Position numbers and translations under genes: made by a program
The notes under the pieces: generated by a model
What the model was told of the DNA's origin: nothing
The model's database searches: none
The model's input: the letters and a program-made list of their open reading frames with translations, nothing else
Assembly: GCA_965228735.1 (NCBI GenBank)
Contig: OZ245838.1
Location: 5,152,001-5,216,000 of the forward strand
Reading direction: 5' to 3'
DNA length: 64,000 nt
Origin: Planctomycetota bacterium
GTDB lineage: Bacteria > Planctomycetota > UBA1135 > UBA2386
In this document: positions 31,995 to 40,565 of the stretch, in pieces
How the letters are laid out: each line of letters starts with the position of its first letter
Numbering within the stretch: the stretch's first letter is position 1

Positions 31995-32144
31995 GCCCTC
32001 TTTTCGCGGTAAGTCCGTCGTATGCGGGGTCTAGGCTTCGGCTCTCGAGAGCGTTGTCCCGCGCGCACGAGCCGACGCGCCGCGGGTAGAGCCACTTCGC
32101 TCTGTCGATGCGCTCTTCACGCCCCGAAGCCTTGACCCCGCCCC

Positions 32145-32906
32145 CTACCCCCGCATCACGTCCCGAAGCATGGTCGCCGTCCACGGCCGCCCACTTCGCG
32201 ACCCATGACGCTCCGCGTTCAACGCCTCCGCCACTTCGGCCAGCGTCCGACGCTTCCGTCCGCTTCGCTCGCGCCGCAGCTGCTTGATCCTGCGCAGCGT
32301 GTCCGCTTCCCACGGCTTGTCTGGGTGCTGGCCGAACCGGTAGGCGCCGCAGTGATGCTCGCCTCGCCGCTTCTTGCGCTCCCGTGCGACGCGGAGCTTG
32401 GCGACCAAGGCTGACCGCTCGTATTCCGCGAGCGCGTTGAGGACTTGGCGCACGAGCTTCCGGCTCGGGTCGCTGTCCGCCTCGGTCATGTCCTCGCCGG
32501 TGTCCGCCGTGACGATGGACACCCCGGCCTCGGCGAACGCTCGCACCGCCATCTCGCTGACGATGAGGTCGCGCCCCAGTCGATCTGCGCGCTCGATCAC
32601 CAGGGTCGACGCATCGAGCTCGACGCACCGCTCGAGCGCGCGAGAGAGGCCCTCACGGCCTTCGAGCGGGACCGTTCCCGAGACGCCCGGGTCGACGTGT
32701 TCCTCGACTAGTCTCGCACGGTGGGCCTCGCACCACGCCCGTATCGCGTCGCGCTGTCGAGGGAAGCCGTCGCGCCCGTCTTCGGCCTGCGCCGCGCTGG
32801 ACACGCGGAGGTAGGCGACCGCACGGAGCACAGGGCGTCTCGCGTCGCCGCCGCCGCTCGTCTTGCACGTCGCGACGGCCAGGGCTTCCACATCGGGCGC
32901 GCTCAC
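32145..32906 (-). CDS. Serine recombinase (resolvase catalytic domain plus short recombinase-type DNA-binding domain)
   Basis: AYLRVSS..Q, D.GVSG....R.GL, DRLGRD, LAEYER. C-terminal LAEVAEALN.....SG.PW. Confidence 0.9.
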   Translation of the reverse strand: MSAPDVEALAVATCKTSGGGDARRPVLRAVAYLRVSSAAQAEDGRDGFPRQRDAIRAWCEAHRARLVEEHVDPGVSGTVPLEGREGLSRALERCVELDASTLVIERADRLGRDLIVSEMAVRAFAEAGVSIVTADTGEDMTEADSDPSRKLVRQVLNALAEYERSALVAKLRVARERKKRRGEHHCGAYRFGQHPDKPWEADTLRRIKQLRRERSGRKRRTLAEVAEALNAERHGSRSGRPWTATMLRDVMRG

Positions 32907-33376
32907 GGCGCGCCTCCCTCGATGGTCCGGACGGACTCCTCAGCGAAGCTGTAGTAGCGCCCGTCGCCGAAGATGAGATGATCCAGGAGCGGGACGCCGA
33001 GCAGGTCGCCCGCGCTCCGTAGTCGGGTCGTGACGTGGCGATCCTCGCCGCTCGGCGCCGGGTCGCCGCTCGGGTGGTTGTGCGCCACGACGACCGCGGC
33101 CGACGCAAGGGTCACGGCCGGGCCGAAGACCTCGCGCGGATGCACGGGCGCGCTGTCGACCGTCCCGACGTGCGCCGTATGCACCGCGATGACGCGGTGG
33201 CGCGCATCGAGGTAGACGGCGACGAAGCACTCGCGGGGGTCGTCGCGGAGATACTCGCGGAGCAGACCGATGACGTCGCCGGCATGGCGGACGGGATACG
33301 GTCGCTCGGCGCGCTCGCGGACCAGCGACAACTTGACGCGCCGCCAGCTACGGCGCTCGACGAGGGGCGCGCTCAT
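32903..33376 (-). CDS. radC: RadC-like JAB domain protein (JAB-only, mobile-element type)
   Basis: RECF...YLD, VHPREVF, AHNHPSGDPAPSGED, LLDHLIFG. Confidence 0.9.
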   Translation of the reverse strand: MSAPLVERRSWRRVKLSLVRERAERPYPVRHAGDVIGLLREYLRDDPRECFVAVYLDARHRVIAVHTAHVGTVDSAPVHPREVFGPAVTLASAAVVVAHNHPSGDPAPSGEDRHVTTRLRSAGDLLGVPLLDHLIFGDGRYYSFAEESVRTIEGGAP

Positions 33377-33828
33377 CGCTTGCCTCCCCGTTGCAGGACG
33401 CGGACGAAGTCGCGGCACCGATCAAGCCAGCGGCGCAGCATTGGCGCCGAGCACGCGCACCGAACGTTCTCCCGACCGCGCATCCCGCACGGGCAAAGCT
33501 CGTGCGTTGCGACGACATCGAAGTAGGACCGGACGCGGATCGGTTCACGGTGACCGCGCAGGGTCACGGCTTGTTCACGCCACGCGAGCGCGACCGCTTC
33601 GATCGTCTCGCGACGCCACTCGGGGAGGTCGGACAACACGAGCGTTGCGCCGTTGGCCAGCACGCACTCGCCGAGCGCCAGGGCAACGGCGCCGGACTCA
33701 TCGACCGTCGCGCGGCCGATCATCGACGCCGTCGAGCTCGAGTGATGCGGCCATCGCGAACGCGGCGACACGGATGCGCGCACCTGCCGGACGGCATCGG
33801 GTGCGGCGACGACTCGGACGGCCTTCAT
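33373..33828 (-). CDS. Degenerate stand-alone fragment of ComM/YifB (Mg-chelatase-like AAA+)
   Basis: PHHSSSTASMIG, GECVLANGATLVLSDLPEW, FDVVATHELCPCG and CACS are collinear with ComM motifs PHH.S...L.G, GEISLAH.GVLFLDE.PEF, F.LVAAMNPCPCG and C.C. Confidence 0.75.
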   Translation of the reverse strand: MKAVRVVAAPDAVRQVRASVSPRSRWPHHSSSTASMIGRATVDESGAVALALGECVLANGATLVLSDLPEWRRETIEAVALAWREQAVTLRGHREPIRVRSYFDVVATHELCPCGMRGRENVRCACSAPMLRRWLDRCRDFVRVLQRGGKR

Positions 33829-34298
33829 CGCGCACCTCCGGCCGGCAACGGTCGCCAGCCATCGTAGGGCACTTCATTGCGACGGATGATCTCGCCCGAT
33901 GGCGCTTCGAACTCCGCGCGTCGGATCGATATCATTGCCTCACGGCCGATGAGCCGGTCGGCGCTCAAGCCGGGGAGGTCATCGACGCCGAGCGCACGCA
34001 GCACGAGGCGCGCTCGTGCTCGCCCCCGCGCGGAGAACACGAGCGCATCCCATGCAGCAAAACGGCGCGCGTAGTCGCCTTCGGTGACGTCGAGACGGAG
34101 CGACCACCGCTCGTCTCCCGCTCGTGTCTCACTGACGCGCACCTCGGCGACGCGGCAGCGATATGCGCCCTCGGGCACGGTGATGTAGTCGGACACCGGC
34201 TCGCGCACTTCACTCGCGTTGCCGGTGACGGAAAAGGACATCGCACGAGGGCATCGCTCGTGCTGCGGCGTGCTCGCGCCGCTACGGTTCGCAGGCAT
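33825..34298 (-). CDS. DUF669-like protein (phage-type, putative OB-fold ssDNA-binding)
   Basis: VPEGAYRCRV.EV...ETRAG...W.L.LDV.EG.Y......D.L.F pattern. ATG 34298 has SD CAGGAG. Confidence 0.7.
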   Translation of the reverse strand: MPANRSGASTPQHERCPRAMSFSVTGNASEVREPVSDYITVPEGAYRCRVAEVRVSETRAGDERWSLRLDVTEGDYARRFAAWDALVFSARGRARARLVLRALGVDDLPGLSADRLIGREAMISIRRAEFEAPSGEIIRRNEVPYDGWRPLPAGGAR

Positions 34299-34877
34299 GA
34301 CTGACTCCTGTTGTCGCAGGGTTGGTCTAGGCCCGCGTCGGTGTTCGCGCACCGGCGCGGGCCGCTTTGTTCGCGCGACGACATGTCACGCGCATCGCGC
34401 CTAACTACGTGTCACGGTGCGCGTTGTTTCGCGCAATGAAGGTCTTTCTGTAGATCCGCCTTCCTCGCGAGCGGTGATCGTCGATGGCAGCAGAGGGCGC
34501 ACGCGAGGTCTCGAGGAGTGCGAGGTCCGGTCGGGGCGGGTCCCATCTCGCTGTGCCTTTTGAATGAAGACAGCTCGGCCCATGTCGCGAGCTTCCACGC
34601 GGCATATTTGAACCCCAGAGCGCGCGGTGTCGTCTGCGTTTGGAAAGGCGGCACACTCGTGATCGAGTATTGGCGCGCAGCGCGCGCCGAGGTCATCCGC
34701 GACGTGGTCAGAGTTAATGGCCACGACGTTCAGGTCGTGTTGGTAGGGGGCTACCGCGACGATGGGGTAACCGGAAGGATGGCGGACAGAGTCGCCTCGC
34801 GAACCTCGCGATAGCTGCTTTGGGCCTCGGCAGTGCTGCGGCAACTCGCCTGCGGAAACAGGCATCATGGCAAGAGT

Positions 34878-35441
34878 TCAGACACGTAGTGCTGCAGTCC
34901 CGGTCTTCTTCTCAGTTGCGTATCTGACCAGGACAGTCCCGCACGATCGGTCTTCGATCATCTCCGCAGCCGGTGGCGCCTTCAGCCTGATCCACGTCTC
35001 GAGCGTGGCCTCCGGCTCGAGCAGTGCGTAGGGAGTCCGGTTGTTCGGTCCGAACTTGATCTCGAACGCGGAGGCAAACGCGGTCGACTGATACCGAGAG
35101 GCAACACTCACTCCCGAACGGAGGAACAATCCGAACGCTCGCCTCCGGTCCTTGAAAGCTGCTGCGGCGACGAACACAGGTGCGCCAGTCCTGTTGATGA
35201 TGAGGATGCGGAGCACCGGCTGAGGGCTTTCCTTGGACCGCGCGCCGACCAGGTCTTGTGGCTCATTGAAGACAGCCCAATCTCCGTGGACCTCTGCCTT
35301 CAGTCCCTTGAGCTTGCCTCCCCAGTAGTCGAGCAGGTTCGTCTTGAGCCTCAGCCAGATCCAGACCGCTACAGCGAACCCTCCTCCGGTGACAACTGCG
35401 CCGACCTCGGCGGCTATGGCGTTGACGAATGCATCCCACAT
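34878..35441 (-). CDS. Hypothetical protein with N-terminal TM helix
   Basis: 187-aa ORF with a hydrophobic N-terminus followed by a beta-rich domain. Confidence 0.6.
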   Translation of the reverse strand: MWDAFVNAIAAEVGAVVTGGGFAVAVWIWLRLKTNLLDYWGGKLKGLKAEVHGDWAVFNEPQDLVGARSKESPQPVLRILIINRTGAPVFVAAAAFKDRRRAFGLFLRSGVSVASRYQSTAFASAFEIKFGPNNRTPYALLEPEATLETWIRLKAPPAAEMIEDRSCGTVLVRYATEKKTGTAALRV

Positions 35442-35791
35442 GCGCGGGTGTGCTAACCGCGGCTCGACTCCACTTCAACTGTGGCGAATAGCGCGCTGCG
35501 ATGAAGGTGCGTCACGCCTGTCGGCCGTGTTCAAGCGGCCTCGATCGCGGTGGCTGCGGCGGCCTCGCGCGAAGGTCTACGAGGATTGCGAGGCCCCGTT
35601 CGGGGTGGGGCCCACCCTCCCCTTCTTGCGGATGAAGATGACGATTCGCCTTCGGGGTGACGGTGGCGCGGCGACTCACTTGCCCCAGGCCGTGCGACCG
35701 ACGAGAATCGCTCCATGCAGGAATCCGGGGTGCCTCAAGTCTCTTGTTGCCGTTCGACCTTTGTCGCTAGCTGCTAGCGCGTGAAGATTGA

Positions 35792-37885
35792 ATGGCCGCC
35801 ACTTCACGAAACCCTGCGCTCCTCCTTGGCGACGTCAATGCCGAGGCCGACGACCTTCTGTCCACGGCATTCTACGAGTCTCCCGACTATCGCACCCTGA
35901 TCGAACATCCCAGCGGAAGAGTCGTCGTCGGGCGCCGCGGCACAGGGAAGAGCGCGCTTGCATGGAAGCTGGGAGAAACGTGGGCAGCCGACGGGAAGAC
36001 GCACGTCGTCCCGCTGCTTCCGACTGAAGACCAGATGATTGCCCTCCGCGGCCTGGCTCAGAGTCTCACCGTCGAGTATGCGCTAACCCGAGCGTTCTTT
36101 CGGATCGCATGGAAGGCCGCGTTGGCACTCGAAGCTCTATCGAAGCTGGTCAGCCACTACAAGTTCAAGGCGCTGCCCCAGCACGGCTTTGCTGAGCCAT
36201 GCGTCAAGTCGTGGTCACAAGGAGGCGACACCGTCAACGAGCGGATGGATTCGCTTCTCCGCCCGATCATCGAGGAACACGGAGATGCCGCAACGACGAT
36301 CGGCCGCCTCCAGAAGGACCTCCAATGGAGCCAAATAGAGGACGCGCTTCGCGCTTGCCTTGGTGCGACCGGGACTAAGATCGCAATCATCATCGATCGA
36401 GTGGACGAGGGATACCAGCCTGATGATAGTGGCATCGGAATAGTCGCTGGGCTGGCGAGCGCAGCAATCGACCTGTCCAATAACTTCGACAGCCTCTACG
36501 CAACCCTCTTCCTGCGAGACAATATGGCAAGGGCGATCGCCGCGCACGACTCAGACTACTCTCGGTCTATCGAATCTCGGGTCCTGCGCCTTCACTGGGA
36601 TGCGCGCGCGCTGATCGACATGGCCAGTGAGCGCATAAAGGCGGCTCTGCACCTGCAAGTTCAGTCTTCAAAAGCGATATGGAACCGGTTCGTGCTCGAT
36701 GAGCTGCGCGATATTGCCGGGTTCCGGCGCTGCCTGCGTTTCACGCTATACCGCCCACGTGACGTCCTCCTTCTTCTCAACCAGGCTTTCTACCATTGCC
36801 ATAAGCGTAACGGCACTAGGATATCTCTCAATGACTTGGAGGCTACCGCGAAGACAATATCGTCCAATCGCCTGAGCGACCTCTTTCGTGAGTATGAGTC
36901 CGTCGCGCCAGAGATTGAGCGACTGGTGCGTGCCCTAGGAGGTGGCAGCGCCTATTACTCCCGCGAACGAATCGTGGGTCAACTCGAAGCCGTTCTATCC
37001 TCCGACGAAGCTGACCCTCTAACACAGCAAGGACTTCGCCTTATCGAGAATGCGTCGGCCGCCATTCGCGTTCTCTACGAGTTTGGAGTGATTGGCGTGC
37101 AAGACTCGACGAGTGCTGACTTCGCCTTCTGTCACGATGGTCATGAGATCATCCAGGACATCGGCAAGGCGACAAACTTCCTTGTGCACCCCTGCTACTG
37201 GATGGCCTTGGATCTCGATGAGCAGCCCCTGGACCAGGCAGACGCTGAAACGGTCTACGACGAATACGAGATCACGGTGGTCTCGAAAACGCCGCAAGAA
37301 CGGGCGGCTCGAATCACTAGGATTGCAAACGAGGTGAAGACGATTCCCTGCGGCAGAGAGGGCGCAAGCTCCTTTGAGACGTGGTGCCATCGCGCATTAA
37401 GCACTGCGTTCGCCGGCCACCTCAGAAACCTCGAGCTGAAGCCCAATAGCCAGGCCAGCAACCGCCGGGACATCGTAGGGCGCAATGCAGGCGAGGCGGG
37501 AGTCTGGCGCCACCTCAGCGAAGACTATGGAGTTAGGCAGGTGGTCTTCGAGGTGAAGAACTACGCGGAGCCGACCGTGGATGACTTCCGTCAAATGCGC
37601 GACTACCTGCATGACCACTACGGAAGATGCGGCTTCATCATCTGTCGCGCCCAAAGCAGTGAAATCACCGGCCCCATCCTCAACCGAGTGAGAGAGCAAT
37701 GGGCCAATCACAGGCTACTGAACGTGCTCATCGACGAGCGATTCCTGCGTCGCGTCCTCGAGAAGATCCGAAGCCCGGCGAAACACAACGCGGCGAACCG
37801 CGATCTCGAAAAACTCGTAGACGCGTATGAGCGGCTCTATGTGAGCGGGCAGATGTCGCCGAAGAACAGGAAGAAAGCTCGCTGA
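35792..37885 (+). CDS. P-loop ATPase (Sll1717-like) fused to a C-terminal PD-(D/E)xK restriction-endonuclease domain; putative defence protein
   Basis: G...AE.D N-terminus, VVGRRGTGKS Walker A, IIIDRVDE Walker B, RPRD. C-terminal FE.W...RRDIV...VFEVKNY...QM.DYL. Confidence 0.8.
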   Translation: MAATSRNPALLLGDVNAEADDLLSTAFYESPDYRTLIEHPSGRVVVGRRGTGKSALAWKLGETWAADGKTHVVPLLPTEDQMIALRGLAQSLTVEYALTRAFFRIAWKAALALEALSKLVSHYKFKALPQHGFAEPCVKSWSQGGDTVNERMDSLLRPIIEEHGDAATTIGRLQKDLQWSQIEDALRACLGATGTKIAIIIDRVDEGYQPDDSGIGIVAGLASAAIDLSNNFDSLYATLFLRDNMARAIAAHDSDYSRSIESRVLRLHWDARALIDMASERIKAALHLQVQSSKAIWNRFVLDELRDIAGFRRCLRFTLYRPRDVLLLLNQAFYHCHKRNGTRISLNDLEATAKTISSNRLSDLFREYESVAPEIERLVRALGGGSAYYSRERIVGQLEAVLSSDEADPLTQQGLRLIENASAAIRVLYEFGVIGVQDSTSADFAFCHDGHEIIQDIGKATNFLVHPCYWMALDLDEQPLDQADAETVYDEYEITVVSKTPQERAARITRIANEVKTIPCGREGASSFETWCHRALSTAFAGHLRNLELKPNSQASNRRDIVGRNAGEAGVWRHLSEDYGVRQVVFEVKNYAEPTVDDFRQMRDYLHDHYGRCGFIICRAQSSEITGPILNRVREQWANHRLLNVLIDERFLRRVLEKIRSPAKHNAANRDLEKLVDAYERLYVSGQMSPKNRKKAR

Positions 37886-37930
37886 TTGACCGATCGCATC
37901 GTGAGTGGGTGTCATGTGCACGATACTTGA

Positions 37931-38677
37931 TTAACAGTTCACATACCGCACCGGGTTCTGCGACGCCTTCCCGATGTAGCTCGCCACGTCCCCGCCAACC
38001 AAGTGTTGTAGCTCAGTCGCGGGCCTACCACTGAAGCGCCAGCGGTTTCGCCTCTCCTGACCGGCGCCGTCGGAGACAACCGGCTCCCACTTTTCGATCG
38101 TGTAGGCGGCGCGAACGAGGCCGCGGAAGACAGCCAACGCGAAGCGAGCCTTTTTGCGTCGCGCTCCGACCACCCAGTCGCCGCGCGTGATCTCGTAGAG
38201 CTGGTCGGCACCTGTGTTCCGCGCGAATCGGCGGTTCACGATGATCAACAGGCATGGGTCGCTCAGTGTCACTGGCTTCGCGTCGTAGCGCGCGATGATC
38301 TCCGGCACTGTCATTCGCCCACGATGCTCCGCGTGATGACCGCCGACCGCGTTCGCGAGTTCTTCGAGGCCGAGCCAGTCGATCAGCGCGGACTCGACCT
38401 CGAACGCTTGATCCTCGGTAAGGCCGTGGCGCACGACCTCGTGGTCGACCTCTAGCCCAGCTGTGTGGATTGCTCGAATCCGATCGAGCTTCTCGGTCGA
38501 GGATGGCTTCTCGAGCGCGTCAGAAACGTGCGCGAACATTCGGTTGCCTACGCCCTTGCCGACGTAGAACACGACGTCGTCACGCGGGTCACGGAGAGCG
38601 TAAACGTAGAACCCGAGGCGCTCGACGACGGCGCGGGGGAACCGGAGGAATCGATGGACCGAGTCGCCGTTCTTCAT
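37931..38677 (-). CDS. LEM-3-like GIY-YIG nuclease
   Basis: FYVYALRDP....FYVGKG.GNR...H, A..VESALI, LAN...G. Confidence 0.85.
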   Translation of the reverse strand: MKNGDSVHRFLRFPRAVVERLGFYVYALRDPRDDVVFYVGKGVGNRMFAHVSDALEKPSSTEKLDRIRAIHTAGLEVDHEVVRHGLTEDQAFEVESALIDWLGLEELANAVGGHHAEHRGRMTVPEIIARYDAKPVTLSDPCLLIIVNRRFARNTGADQLYEITRGDWVVGARRKKARFALAVFRGLVRAAYTIEKWEPVVSDGAGQERRNRWRFSGRPATELQHLVGGDVASYIGKASQNPVRYVNC

Positions 38678-38952
38678 TCTCAAAGACACGGTCAGGTCAG
38701 AGCGTCTTCACCCCCAGGCTATGCCCGGGCGGTGGCGCCCCGCAAGACCCTAACGTCATCAATCGAAACCGTGAACCGCCCCCTCGTGCTGCCTGCATGT
38801 AACCCGGTCATGGCCTACCCCGTTGGGTTCTGAGCGTTGGCTGGACGTCGAGAGGCCCGTCGGCACCACTGGACCGCGCCGTCGCCCCGTCATGGTCACG
38901 CTGACGTGTCTCACTCCCGATTCCCACAAGTCGCGGGTAGGCTTGCTAGACG

Positions 38953-40563
38953 ATGACAGTCGACCGCACGGGCGTCCCTCACTCCGTCACAAGCCTGCTC
39001 AAGGGCGTCGACACCGGCAAACTCGGACTGCCAGAGTTCCAACGCGACTTCATCTGGCGACCCGAGAACGTCTGCGACCTCCTTCGGACAGTCGCTAGGG
39101 ACTGGCCGTGCGGCACCTTCCTGCTTCAGCATGGTCCGCTGGAGTTTCAGTGCAAGGCGCTCGAAAGCGCGCCGCCGCTATCTCCTAAACCAGACCTCCT
39201 GATTCTTGACGGCCAGCAACGGCTGACGGCCCTTTACCAAGCCTATGGCCAGCACGGGGATGAAGTCTATTACCTCGATCTGGCGGCTCTTCAGGAGACA
39301 GGTCAGCTCGAGAATGAACATTTCCAGTTCCTGAAGTCCAATAAGTTCAGGGCCCGCTATCCGGATCTTCGGAGGGAGGCGGACCAGCGAGTCGTCCGAG
39401 TGGCAACCCTGGTCAACGACGATGAGTTCTTTCGCTGGCTGCGTTTCATTCCGGACGATGGGCAGGAGGCCTACATTCGCCTACGGACGGAGCACCTCTC
39501 AGGATTCAAGCACTACAGCATTCCGTGCGTGGTCCTGCCGCGAGATCTCGAACTCGCGGCGACGGCAAAGATCTTTGAGACTATCAACAGGCGTGGTGTC
39601 CGACTCGACACGTTCGATCTCATGGTCGCCAAACTCTACCCATATGAGTTCTTCCTGCGCGACGCCTGGGACACTGCGATATCGGAAGAGAGTGCTCTAG
39701 AACGATACGAGATTGAAGGGCTCGATATTCTCAAGCTCATCGCGCTCCAGCACACGCTCGAGCCGCGCCAACCGGGGCCAACGAAGGTCAAGGGGATCCG
39801 AGAGAGCGATGTGATCGAACTCCCAGCTGACGCAGTCAAATACAAATGGACAGGCGCGGTCAAAGCGATGACCCAAGCGCTCGACTTCATGCGCGAGCAT
39901 TGTGGGGTAGTTGCGTCCGGTCTAGTGCCCGCTAAGGCTATGACATTGCCGCTGGCGGACGCTCTCGCTTCCCGAGAAAGCGTCGACGCAACCACTGCTC
40001 AACAGCTTCGGCGTTGGTTCTGGAGCAGCACCTTCAGGCAAACCTACGGCCAAGGCGCCAACACGCAGGCAGTTGCTGATGCTCGCGCCCTACGGGCGTG
40101 GATGACAGACCACGCCGCCATTCCAGATGCACTTAGACACTTCGAGCCTGTCGACGAAGAGACCCTCCTCGACCTGCGGCGTCGCAACGAAATGCTCCTT
40201 CGAGGGCTGATGTGTGGTCTCATCGTCCAGGATGCACGCGATTGGGTTGTCGACCGAAGGCTTCGCGATATCGAAGGCGACATACAGATTCACCATGTCT
40301 TCCCCCGCCAGTATCTCGACAACCTCAAACTGAAAGATGCGAACTGCGTCGCGAACTTTTCGCCACTATGCGCGGCGACGAACAAGTCCCTCCGCAACGA
40401 CCCTCCTACAAGCGTCTTGAATCGCGCTGACGTGAGCGATTCGCGTGTCATGTCGCATCGAATACCGCTCGGAACACTTCACAACAACCAGTGGCAGCAG
40501 TTCCTCGCTGAGAGATCGAAACTTCTCCAACAGCTCATCGCCGAACTCGTCGCGGCCAACTAA
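38953..40563 (+). CDS. GmrSD-like type IV restriction endonuclease (DUF262 plus DUF1524/HNH)
   Basis: LPEFQRDFIW, ILDGQQRLT, IFETINRRGVRL, and C-terminal IHHVFP...ANF.PL....N. Confidence 0.9.
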   Translation: MTVDRTGVPHSVTSLLKGVDTGKLGLPEFQRDFIWRPENVCDLLRTVARDWPCGTFLLQHGPLEFQCKALESAPPLSPKPDLLILDGQQRLTALYQAYGQHGDEVYYLDLAALQETGQLENEHFQFLKSNKFRARYPDLRREADQRVVRVATLVNDDEFFRWLRFIPDDGQEAYIRLRTEHLSGFKHYSIPCVVLPRDLELAATAKIFETINRRGVRLDTFDLMVAKLYPYEFFLRDAWDTAISEESALERYEIEGLDILKLIALQHTLEPRQPGPTKVKGIRESDVIELPADAVKYKWTGAVKAMTQALDFMREHCGVVASGLVPAKAMTLPLADALASRESVDATTAQQLRRWFWSSTFRQTYGQGANTQAVADARALRAWMTDHAAIPDALRHFEPVDEETLLDLRRRNEMLLRGLMCGLIVQDARDWVVDRRLRDIEGDIQIHHVFPRQYLDNLKLKDANCVANFSPLCAATNKSLRNDPPTSVLNRADVSDSRVMSHRIPLGTLHNNQWQQFLAERSKLLQQLIAELVAAN

Positions 40564-40565
40564 GG

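Noticed and set aside
34518..34814. 98-aa ORF between the DUF669 operon and the TM gene
   Set aside because: No recognisable motif, so coding status is unsupported.
35442..35791. GC-rich intergenic region as a retron-like ncRNA
   Set aside because: No reverse transcriptase nearby and no clear long flanking inverted repeat.
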